Of a stretch of 64,000 bases of DNA, positions 32,392-43,083 are shown piece by piece. Where the stretch lies: positions 1,240,001 to 1,304,000 of the forward strand of contig QPMI01000005.1 of the NCBI GenBank assembly GCA_004431415.1. The letters are read 5' to 3'. This DNA comes from Cyanophora paradoxa CCMP329. Taxonomy: Eukaryota > Plantae > Glaucophyta. Position 1 is the first letter of the stretch. Every line of letters starts with the position of its first letter. A program made the position numbers and the translations under genes. Under the pieces are notes generated by a model. It worked only from the letters and a program-made list of their open reading frames with translations. It was not told where the DNA came from and searched no databases.

Positions 32392-33561
32392 ATGGAGACC
32401 CTCCCTCTGGCGCTCCAGTCGCACGTCGTCTCCTTTCTCGGCGCCCCCGACGCCGCGCGCCTTGCCGGCGCCTCGCGCGGCATGGATCGCGTCGTCGACG
32501 GGTCCGACGCCTACTGGGCCGAGCAGCTGGCGCGGCGCGGGATCGTTGTCCCCTCGTCGCTCCCGACGGGCGCCGCGCGCGAGATCTTTACCCTGACCGC
32601 CAACTCGACCTGCGCCTCGTGCCGTCGGGGCGCCGACGGGACCAAGTGCCCCCTCGCAGGGTGCGTCGCCTGCGCCCGCTGCCGCGAGCCCGTCGGGGCC
32701 CTGACCGCGGCCGAGCTCGCGGACCTCCCCCCCTCGGCGGCGCGCGGCCTCGCCCGGTTCCCGCACCGTCCGGGCCGGACGACGCTGGCGGTTGCCATGG
32801 CGGAGCGGGACCGACGCGCGCTCCGTCCCGCCCCGCCGCGCGCCGAGTCGTCCAAGGAGCTCGCCGGGCGGTTCGGGCTGAGCCTCAAGTGGTTTGGAAT
32901 CCCCGGGGGCATCCCGGTGGTGGGGTACGACGGGGCAAACCTGGAGGAGCGCTACGATCCCGCGTTTGCGCGCCGCTGGGCCGCGGACCGCCGCGGTCCC
33001 GACCCCGAGGGCGCCGCGCAGCGGATGCGCGAGGGGCGCGCGCGGCGCAAGCAGGTGCTCCTCCATCGCCTCGAGGAGGAGAAGCGGATGCTGGAGGAGC
33101 GCCGCGATCGGATCGTCGAGCGGCTCACCGCCGTTGCGGAGCGGTACGACCCGCCGCTGCAGATCACGGCGGATGTGGAACTGGACCATCGGAACCGTCT
33201 GTACGTGATCTGCGGAAAAGTGGCCCGGGCCAACACAACCGGCTGGCAGCTCGACACGCTGTACCCGCGCGGCGACGAACTCGAGTCGGAGGACACGTAC
33301 AATGCCTTTCCGGGCGTGCGGGAGACCACGTTTCCCGCGTTCTTCCGTCTCTTTGACGAGCAGAAGCCCAACGCCCACCGCGAATATCGACTGGGTCGCC
33401 TCGCCGCGGCGCTCGGGGCGGTGGATGTTGTGATCGCGCGGCCCGAGCCGACGCCGGCGACTCCGCTCTACCTGTACCTGTATGCTGGAGTCAAGGCGCG
33501 CTTTGAGGAGGCGTTGGAGGAGCTGCGGGGCATCCTCGCCTCGCGCGGGAAACGCCAGTAG
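32392..33561 (+). CDS. F-box protein with Cys-rich zinc finger
   Basis: METLPLALQSHVVSFLGAPDAARLAGASRGMDRVVDGSDAYW is F-box-like; CASC...CVACARC. TATAAAAG at 32344. Confidence 0.78.
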   Translation: METLPLALQSHVVSFLGAPDAARLAGASRGMDRVVDGSDAYWAEQLARRGIVVPSSLPTGAAREIFTLTANSTCASCRRGADGTKCPLAGCVACARCREPVGALTAAELADLPPSAARGLARFPHRPGRTTLAVAMAERDRRALRPAPPRAESSKELAGRFGLSLKWFGIPGGIPVVGYDGANLEERYDPAFARRWAADRRGPDPEGAAQRMREGRARRKQVLLHRLEEEKRMLEERRDRIVERLTAVAERYDPPLQITADVELDHRNRLYVICGKVARANTTGWQLDTLYPRGDELESEDTYNAFPGVRETTFPAFFRLFDEQKPNAHREYRLGRLAAALGAVDVVIARPEPTPATPLYLYLYAGVKARFEEALEELRGILASRGKRQ

Positions 33562-33789
33562 GTCCGCTGTAGTTGAGCTATCTGTCGAATATTGATATTG
33601 AATCGACAGTGAAATTCGACTTGGAGATATCTCTAGGGCGGTGCTAACCTCAAAAAGACGATACTGCGGAATTCAATATCACAACTATAGGATCATCCGG
33701 TAAAGCGCACGTTCAAGCGGCTTGGTCAGTGGATCCAGAGCCTCGGTCGTGAGGGCCCGGCGGGGCATACCTCGGGGGCAGCGCGGACC

Positions 33790-35420
33790 GTGGGACGGAG
33801 CGCCGCCTCCCTCGTCGGGCCGCCCACCGCATACCACGCTCTCAGAACGGCCTGCAAAACGGAAGTTTGCGAGCGGAGGGCCTACCTTGCCGGCTGCTAG
33901 TGGACGTTTACTCCCTAGCCCGTTTCCGGACGGCAGTATACGCACAGGTCGCAAGGGCGCTGCGGACGAGTGCCCGGCCCGCCCAGCCCCCTAGCGCCGT
34001 TCCTCCTCCGGGACAGCGCGCCGCCGCCCTCGCCGGGCTGCCCACCGTATACCACGCTCTCAGAACGGCCTGCGCCGCGACATTTTACTTCCCGATCGTG
34101 GCGGCGCGGCGGCGGGGCGAGCGGGGCGCCTACCTCACCGGCTGCTAGTGGACGTTTACTTCCCAGGTCGTTTCCGGACGGCGGTATACGCACAGGTCGC
34201 AAGGGCGCTGCGGACGAGTGCCCGGCCCGCCCAGCCCCCTAGCGCCGTTCCTCCTCCGGGACAGCGCGCCGCCGCCCTCGCCGGGCTGCCCACCGTATAC
34301 CACGCTCTCAGAACGGCCCGCGCCACGATATTTTACTTTCCGATCGTGGCGGCGCGGCGGCGGGGGCGAGCGGGGCGACCTCGCCGGCTGCCAGTGGACG
34401 TTTACTTCCCAGCCCGTTTCCGGACGTTGGTATACGCACAGGTCGCAAGGGCGCTGCGGACGAGTGCCCGGCCCGCCCCGCCCCCTAGCGCCGTTCCGCC
34501 TCCGGGACAGCGCGCCGCCGCCCTCGCCGGGCTGCCCACCGTATACCACGCTCTCAGAACGGCCCGCGCCACGACATTTTACTTTCCGATCGCGGCGGCG
34601 CGGCGGCGGGGGGCGAGCGGGGCGACCTCGCCGGCTGCCAGTGGACGTTTACTTCCCAGGTCGTTTCCGGACGGCGGTATACGCACAGGTCGCAAGGGCG
34701 CTGCGGACGAGTGCCCGGTCCGCCCCGCCCCTAGCGCCGTTCCTCCTGCGGGACAGCGCGCCGCCGCCCTCGCCGGGCTGCCCACCGTATACCACGCTCT
34801 CAGAACGGCCTGCGCCGCGACATTTTACTTCCCGATCGTGGCGGCGCGGCGGCGGGGCGAGCGGGGCGCCTACCTCACCGGCTGCTAGTGGACGTTTACT
34901 TCCCAGGTCGTTTCCGGACGGCGGTATACGCACAGGTCGCAAGGGCGCTGCGGACGAGTGCCCGGTCCGCCCCGCCCCTAGCGCCGTTCCTCCTCCGGGA
35001 CAGCGCGCCGCCGCCCTCGCCGGGCTGCCCGCCGTATACCACGCTCTCAGAACGGCCTGCGCCGCGACATTTTACTTTCCGATCGCGGCGGCGCGGCGGC
35101 GGGGGCGAGCGGGGCGCCTACCTCACCGGCTGCTAGTGGACGTTTACTTCCCAGCCCGTTTCCGGACGTTGGTATACGCACAGGTCGCAAGGGCGCTGCG
35201 GACGAGTGCCCGGTCCGCCCAGCCCCCTAGCGCCGTTCCTCCTCCGGGACAGCGCGCCGCCGCCCTCGCCGGGCTGCCCACCGTATACAACGCTCTCAGA
35301 ACGGCCTGCGCCGCGACATTTTACTTTCCGATCGCGGCGGCGCGGCGGCGGGGGCGAGCGGGGCGACCTCGCCGGCTGCTAGTGGACGTTTACTTCCCAG
35401 GTCGTTTCCGGACGGCGTTT
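33790..35420. repeat. Tandem array C, ~247 bp unit, about 6.6 copies, homologous to array A
   Basis: GTGGACGTTTACT recurs at about 33900, 34148, 34395, 34641, 34888, 35135 and 35382. Shares cgtttacttcccaggtcgtttccggacggcg, gggcgctgcggacgagtgccc and ataccacgctctc.gaacggcctgc with array A. Confidence 0.97.
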
Positions 35421-35565
35421 TACGCACCGCTATCTGATCCGCACCCGCGCGGATGAAACTAAATCCATAAATTGAACCGCTTGAATCGTCGAGCGCTCCT
35501 ACAACTGCTCCGTCCCTCCCGCAAACCCTCCCCCGCCATCCCCTCGCTCCACCACGGGGCTCGGC

Positions 35566-37620
35566 ATGGCCGGCCCCGCCCCCGCCCCCTCGGCGGCCGG
35601 CCCGTCGAGCGGGGCGGCCGGGGCGGACGATGCGGGGGCCGTCAGCCTGCCCAGCGAGGGCGCCCCCAACAACGACGAGGCCGTCCCGCCGCCCGAGCTC
35701 GAGTCGAGGCCCGCGCGCCTCGTCCTCCCCGTCTACTTTTCCGTCTGGAGGGACCCGGACGTCCGCTTCTGCCCCCCGTGCGCCCGCTGCTCGCGCGAGC
35801 GGTGCACGGCACCGTCCTTTGTCCTACCGTGCGCGGCGCGCGCCCTTCTCGAGCGGACGGTCCAGACGAGCCTCGCCGCCGCCATCGACCAGCACCCGCG
35901 GGTCGCCGCGTCGGGCCTCGCCCGAGGGATCGTCTGCGCGACCTGCGCAATTGCGCTGGCGAGCCGGGGCGCCATCGAGGCGGGGCCGCCGCCCCGCGCC
36001 GGCGCGCTGTGCGAGGGCGGGGACGACTGCGACCACTCGAGCGGCCTCGTGCCGTGCAGCCGGATCGACGCATTCCTGTCCTACATGGGGTCCATCGTCG
36101 ACGGCGGCGAGCCGAGATTCTGGACCGAGAGCCAGGCGTCGGCCCGCGGCGTGCTCGTCGCGGCGCAAAGGGCGCTGGACCGCGTCGCCGTTGCGCCGGC
36201 ACCGGCGCTGCCGGCTCCCGCGGCGGAGGCCCCCGCCCCCGCGCCGCCTCCGCCACCGCCACCGCCGCCGCCGGCGGCCCCCAGCCGCCCGCGCCCGAGG
36301 CCGTCCCGTGGCCGGCCCGTCCGAGCCCCGCGCCGGACCGTCGACTCCCAGAAGGATGGCCCCAAGAAGCGCGGTCGGGCGGCCGAGGCCGAGGAGCGCG
36401 ACGAGCTCGAGGACGAGAAAGAGCCGGCGCCGGCGTCCAAGCGTCCCGCACGGGCCTGCGCGGCGCGAGACGGCGCGCAAAAGGACGAAGACGGTCGGGA
36501 CGAGCCCGAGGCGCCCGAGACGGCCCCCAAGCGGCGCCGTAGCAAGTGGAAGTCCCCTTCGGACGAGCGGAAACCGTGGAAGTCGGACAAGCTCATTCGG
36601 GTTTGAACCCCCAGCACCCCAACCCCCGCCCCGCCCCGCCCGCCCCCTCACCCGTCCCCAGGTCCTCTACGGAGCCTATGCGCGGAGGCTTCCCGACGAC
36701 GAGGGCGGCTCGGTGGGCTCGGGGAGCGACGAGGACGGCGCGCCAGACGGCGAGTGGCTGGTCGCGCAGAGAAACGCCTGGGTCGAAGCGTTTGGGCACG
36801 TTCTCGAAGAGGAGGTGGAGGCCGAGGCCGCCGGAAACAAGGGAAAAGAGGCCGCCCACGCGCCCGACCCCGCCCAGAGCCACTGCCTGGAGGCGTACGA
36901 GCGCGGCCTTTGCAGCGGCCTCGACCCCGTCCTCGTCGGTGCGATCCCCTGCACGCCCCCACCCCGCCCTTCCCCTCCGGCGGCGAGCCGCCCGCGCAGG
37001 CCTCCGCCTCGACGCCGACGCGGCGGCGCGGGACGATCTCCTCGACCGAGCGATGGAGACGGGCCAGGCGCGGGCCCAGGTCGTGCTCCTGGTCGCGAGC
37101 GCCGTCCTCGCCGCCCACGAGCGGTACTCGCGCATCACGAAATCGAGGAGGTCGTGGGGCTACTACAGGGCCACAAACGTCGACCCCAAGTACGACTGCA
37201 TCCTCGAAGGTGCGCGCGCCCCAACCGCCCCCGGCCCCGCCGACGCCGACGGCCCGCGGCGGGCGCGTTCCCGCGCGCGCAGCCGCCGGGATCCGGGTGG
37301 AAGACTCGAACGCCAAGGCGGCGGCCTACCTCCGGCTACGGAACCTGGGCCTCACCGTCCGGCGGTTTCCCGGCCTCGCCCGGGTGCAGGGCCACTGCGT
37401 GCACATTGGCGACTTTATCTCGTTCGTCCCGCTGCTGCTCAAGGCGGACGCCGAGGGCCTGGAGGAGATCCGGGAGCGGCTCGCCGCCGAGATCGAGGCG
37501 GTCGAGGGGTTCGAGATCGAGGAGGACCTGCTGGAGGAAAAGGCCGGAGCAGACGCGCGCGCCTCGGACGAGGGCGAGCTCGAGGAGGAGGAACAGGATG
37601 TGGAAGACGGCGGCGCATGA
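35566..37620 (+). CDS. Multi-exon hypothetical protein (Cys-rich N-terminus, Pro-rich and acidic regions)
   Basis: 346 aa first exon, then GT-AG introns (e.g. 36601-36661) linking protein-like segments to a TGA at 37620. Confidence 0.6.
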
Positions 37621-37999
37621 GCTATCCGGCGCTAGCATGCGCTAAACCCCGCCCGGTGGATGGCCGGCTGCGGAGGATCGCGCATTGTAGACCGTCTCAA
37701 CGCTCGGATAACACTGCAAACAACGTATATGATGCGAATGAAACACGTGAAAGTGCCGCGGGCGACCGCCCGGGCCCGCGGCGCGCGGATCGAATCCGGA
37801 GACGGTCCCGTTTCCGGCTGCGCAGCGGCAAACGGACTTTGCTCTACGGAATATGTACTTGTGAGCGCGTATAACCCGTATTCCGTTGCGGTCGGTCGCG
37901 CCGCGCGCCGCGGCATCGGGATCCTTAATCGTCGCGCCGAACGACTAAACGTTGGGGGGGTACGCTCTCGTCATTCGGGGACCTCGCCGCACGGCCGCG

Positions 38000-40190
38000 A
38001 TGCCTCTGGAGAGCAACTCGTTCGGCGAAAAGGTGTTTCCCGTTGCCGAAGCGCTCGATGAGGCCGGGTGGATGGCCAGCTGCATCAACTGCGGCTTCGG
38101 GGCGGCGACGCTGCTCGTCTTGCCGTGCCCGTCCGAGAGACTGGACGATATGGAGCCCCTCGCCGGCGAGGACGACAACGATGGCGAGGACGAGGCGACC
38201 GGCAGGTCGGCGCTGGATAGGTACATTGGCAAGGCAAAGTTCCTCGACGAGCTGCGGCGGAGCACTTCCGAGGACGGTAAGGGCCTCGGCGAGGAGTTTC
38301 GGGAGATCAGCAAAGCTCTGAACTCCGGCCTCGCCGTGCGCTGCGCTCTGTGCGTCGCCGAGGAGACGGGCAAAGGTGCGCATCACAAAGGCCGGGTCGC
38401 GCGGCGAGGCCCCCCGCACGCCTGCCGTCGCCGCCGATAGATGCTAGACGATGCCGCCGCGCTCCGAGCCCGCACGCGCGCGCCGACCTCGTGCCCCCCG
38501 CATGCGCAGCAGGATCCTCGGACGCGCCCGACGGTGCGGCAAGGCGCGCGCCCGCGCCACCGCGCGCCGCCCACGCGCTCATCCGCAGGTTACGTCAAGT
38601 GCAAGTATTGCCCCGAACCACACGACGTGGACGTCCGGACGCTCCAGCCCTCGGAGCGCCTGGAGGCGTTCTTGTGGGCGCGGCGCCTCACCAGCAAGAG
38701 GCGCGAGAACGACGTCAGGGAGAGCATCAAGAAGGTCGAAGAGGCGGAGAAAAAGACCAAGTTCGTGAGAGCGTTCACCGGCTTCTGCTTCAACGCGAGG
38801 TCGGAGGTCCGGCGAGGTCCGCGCCCCACCGGCGAGGCCGGACTTCGCCCGCCCCGCACCTCTGCGCGCGCCCTGATGGACCTCCTGGATCGCAGAGCGC
38901 CCGCGAACCAGCCTCGCGAAGAAGGGTGCGGCCCTCGCGGCGCGCTCCGATCCGCCAGCCATCCCGCCGCTCGATGATCCTTTCGATCCCGTCTGACCGC
39001 ACCGCGTCAGGCAACAATAACGCAAAGGAGAGCAGCGCCGCGTTGGAGGCGGACAAGGCCAAGCCGCCTCCCAAGGACAAGGGCAAGGGAGGTTTGAGAT
39101 GCCCCCGCGCAATCGATCGGGCGCCGCCCGAGCTCACCGGCGGACAATCGCAGCGGCGGAGGCGAACAATGCGGAGGCGCAGAAAGATACGCCGGCAACG
39201 GGACGCGGCTTGCGCACGCAGGAGCAGCGCAAACAGCCCGATCGGCTGAAGATGGACGAACAGCTGCCCCGTGGCAAGACCAGCAAATCCAAGAAGCGCT
39301 CCGGGCCCGGGGATGAGGCGACGGGCGACGAGTCCGGCGGGTCACCGCCCCCCAAGCGGGGCCGCGCCCCCGGCAAGGAGCACCCGCGCAGCGCCGATTC
39401 CGGCGACGAGGAGGGGGCGGGCGTCGCCTCCGCCGACCTTGGCCCGCCGGAGCTCGGCGACGACTCTGTCCTCGACGGGACGGACAAGAGCGAGGAGCGC
39501 CGGCGTGCCCTGCTGGACGACGCCCGCCTCCACAAGGTCCTCAAGTCGGCGTACACCCAGCCCGCCCCCGGCAGCGGAGGCTCGGGGGCCTCGAGCGCGA
39601 AGAAGAAGACGAAGAAGAAATCCGGCGACGGGTCGCAGGGCGCGGAGGCGGGGGCAGAGGGCGGCGGGCCGGCGCACGAGGAGCTGCAGAAGTGCACCGA
39701 TGACCTCCGGAGCGGCGGGGACATCGCCGAGGTCGGCGCGCGCATCGACGGCGCCGTTCTGCAGGCGCTGGAGGCCAGCTTCGCAAAGGCGGAGGACCAG
39801 CGAGTGCAGGCGTGCTTTCTCGTCTCGGCGGGCATCCTGCACCTCTGCGAGAGCCGCGCAAAGGGCAGTACCTACAACCGGCGGACGGACACGCGCGGGA
39901 AGGGCTTTGCCGCGTTCCAGTGGCCCAACGTGGAGAAGGAGGTGGAGGACAAGTTCGGCGCGGTGATGCGGGCGGGCCACTTCCCGGTCAACCAGCGGAC
40001 GTTCAAGGTGTTCCTGAACGTCGGCGCCCTCGTCCGCGAGTTCCGCGGCTACGCCAACGTCGTCGGCCCCGCCCGCGCCCTGGAGCTCTTCCGCGCCCTC
40101 GGCGCCGTCGCCAAGGCCACGGACGACGAGCTGCGCGCCCTCCACGAGAAGCTCGGGGCCGACGTGCCCGAGAACCTCTTCCCCGTGTAG
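38000..40190 (+). CDS. Multi-exon hypothetical protein with CxxC pairs
   Basis: CINC, CALC and CKYC motifs; introns shift the frame between ORFs 37952, 38441 and 39099. Confidence 0.55.
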
Positions 40191-40804
40191 AGCGGACCCC
40201 CCGACCTCTTTCTCGACGCCCTGCCGCGTCTCCCCCATCCCCTCCATCGCCCTCGCCGCCCCCCTCGGGCGCGGCGCCCCGCCGCATTCGTCTCGCTCCG
40301 AGCGCTAGCCCGAGCATCATTTTGCGCGCCGCTGCGGATGTAGAACGCCTCGGCGGCCGAGCGGCGCGTGTACAGTACATAATGAATATTGCAAAAATGC
40401 TTTCCGATTGTCTCCGACATACGACGTCTAGATCTCTCTACGTAAGGGCGGGTCGGGAAGGGGGCGCCGTGTATCATGGCCCAGGAGGAGTGGTCGGGAT
40501 CGGTAGGGCACGGCCGGAGCGGCGCAAAATGATGCTTATGCGCAAGGGCACTACTCGTGCGAGGACCGACCCTTTGGCGGGGTCCGCGTCGGCGCGCCGG
40601 TCCCCGCCGGCCCGCGACGTTCGCCCGCATCCCCCTGGGTGCAAACACTCGGTGATCAATGGCACAGTATACGTAGCTACCGACAATAGGGGCGCACCTC
40701 GGCCTCCCCCTTTAACTCGACGACGTTTCTCGCAGGGGGGAGCTCGGGGCGGTGCGACAAAAACGCCGCAGCACCGCCACCCGTGCGCCCGGCCTGGGAA
40801 TAGG

Positions 40805-43050
40805 TTAGTTGGCGGATGAACCGAGAAAACAAGCGCGAGGCGCTGCGTTGCGCACCGCCTGCCGGCCCCGAGAAATCCACTCCTCGGCCGCACTAGTAAT
40901 AGTGCTGATTATCGTTCCGGCTCCGAGAGTTTCGAAGAGCGTGTGCATACTGAGGATCTTATTCTCGACACTCCGCAATTGTGCATCCCGAAGCCGCGCT
41001 TCGGCATCCATACGCCGCTCCATCGCCTCCAACGTGCGGATATTCTGCTGGTCGCCGATGTTCATCTGTTCGAGGCGCTTCACGACGCCTTTCATCGCCC
41101 TGTTGAACTCCACGAACGCCGCCTCCGAGCCGATCACCTTTTTCGAGAGGGCTCCCTGTTCGCTCCCGACCGACGCCCACGCCAGGCCCTTCTTGCGCGA
41201 TTTCTCGTCCTCCTTTTTGCTCTCGCGGAAGAGTCTCAGGGCCTCCGCGAGGTGTCTCGCCCGCAGCTTGGGCGCCGCGCGCTCCGGCGGAGCTCCGCCG
41301 CCGTTCGAGGCGTCCGCGCCTCCGCCCGCGGTCGCGCCGTCCGGCGGGGCTCCACCAGCCGACGGCGGCGAGCCGCCGGGGGGATCCACCTCCATTCGTT
41401 CCGCACCTCCGCCCGCGGTCGCGCCGGCCGGCGGGGCTCCACCCGACGACGGCGAGCCGCCCGGCGGATCCGCCGCCATTCCTACGGCGGCCGTTTTGGC
41501 GGCCTCCTCCTCCTCCTCCTCCTCCTCCTCCTCGCACAGGTCGGCGGCCTTTTCGATGATCGAGTTCACGGTGCGGTAAGACACCTGGTCCCTCGCCAAG
41601 TCCTCGGCAAATGACTTGATCTCGGCGTCGGAGCAGTCCCACACGTACGCGTAGTCGCCCGAGGCGACCTCGGCCATGTCCACCCGAACGACGCGTTCAA
41701 CATCCTTCTCCGTGGGGTAGCCGAGCTCGATGCTGCGATCACGTTGAGCACCCGAGGTCGTCGCGCAATTGGGCTCGGGTTTGGAGGGCGCACTGCCGCG
41801 AGAATCGATCCAACATGGCGCGGTCCAAAAAGTCCTTGTTGTTCGTCCCGGCCAGGACGAGAATCTGGTTCTGATTCCTCTTTACGAACCCGTCCATCTG
41901 CTGGAGAATCTGCTCGCGTGGGTGTTTAGACGCATTCAAGATCGCCATTGGCGAGCGTGATGGCGAAAGAAGCCGACCTCGTTGAGGACCGCGGCGTCGT
42001 TGGAGCCCTGCTCGCGCTCCGCGGCCATGCTGTCGAGTTCGCTGGGAAAAGGGGCACCGGACGAGCATCAGGGGCCGAGGTTCGGACGCCGGCATAAAAT
42101 CTCGCGGGGCGCACTCGAAGAACACAATCGACGGGGCCATGTTTCGCGCAGCGCAGAACATCGTCTTTGCCGTCGCCTCGGCGACGCCCGTCTGCGAGAT
42201 TTTATCGACGGTTTGCGGCACGGTCCGGCGAGTCCTGCACGCACCCATTTGCTGAGGATGGTCCCGCGCGACACCAGGAAAAAGGTAGCCTTGCACTCGG
42301 AGGCAATCGCCCGAGCGATCTCCGTTTTTCCAACGCCCTAAACGGGGGCGGTTCGAGCCGGATCACCGAGACATAAACCCTCCCCCCGGGGGAGACGCAC
42401 GGGCGGTCCGTACAGCAAAATTCCCTTGCTCCCTCGCGCGTGCACGCCGCGGCAGTACTTCGTGCCCGGATCCATGAGTCGCTTGATTGCCTTTTTGGCA
42501 AAAAGAACCTTGCTTTTGTCACCTGCGGGGCGTTGGTGCACATGGTTTATTTCGTTCCGTGCACGAACCGAGGTCGTCGATCTTCAGCTGATCGTATGTG
42601 CTCGGGTCCTGTATCGTCCTGTAGACGGCGGAAAGAACGGCTTGCGCGTCCTCGGTCCGCCCGCCGGCCTCCTTGATGACCTCGTCGTTGAAGCCCACCC
42701 GCTTCCAGTACGCATCGTCAAAGTCTCCATGCTGCCCGCCCGACGCCTTTGCCGTGCCGGTGCCGCCGCCTCCCCTGGGTTGCGCGGGTTCCTGTACGAG
42801 CCGTCGGGGCGCCTGCTTCGCCCGCGTGCTCTTGCGCGCCCCCTCCTTGGTCGGGCCCCCGACCAGCTCGAGCCACGACTCGGGCTCGGTCTTCTGCTTC
42901 TCAGCGAGCTTTCGCTCGACCGCCCCCCACTGCGTCGCGAGGCTACCGCCCTCCGTCTCGATGCCGAACTGAATTCCGTCCTTGGAGGATCTCGACGCCG
43001 CGTTCTCGCTTTCGGGGTCCTCGACTTTGATCCGGGCTTCGTAGTGCTCC
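40805..43050 (-). CDS. AAA+ ATPase (VPS4/katanin/spastin-like) with C-terminal coiled coil; intron-rich, 5' extent uncertain
   Basis: Spliced motifs KGILLYGPP/GVGKTEIARAIASECKATFF, ILSKW, MFCAARNMAPSIVFF(D)ELDS, ILQQMDGF and VLAGTNNKDFLDRAMLDRF. Confidence 0.85.
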
Positions 43051-43083
43051 TCTGCGCGAGTCCGAGGCGTTTGTTAATTCTTG

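Noticed and set aside
41310-41470. Short internal duplication in the AAA gene tail
   Set aside because: An ordinary low-complexity coding repeat (DPPGGSP...GGAPP.GATAGGGA twice).
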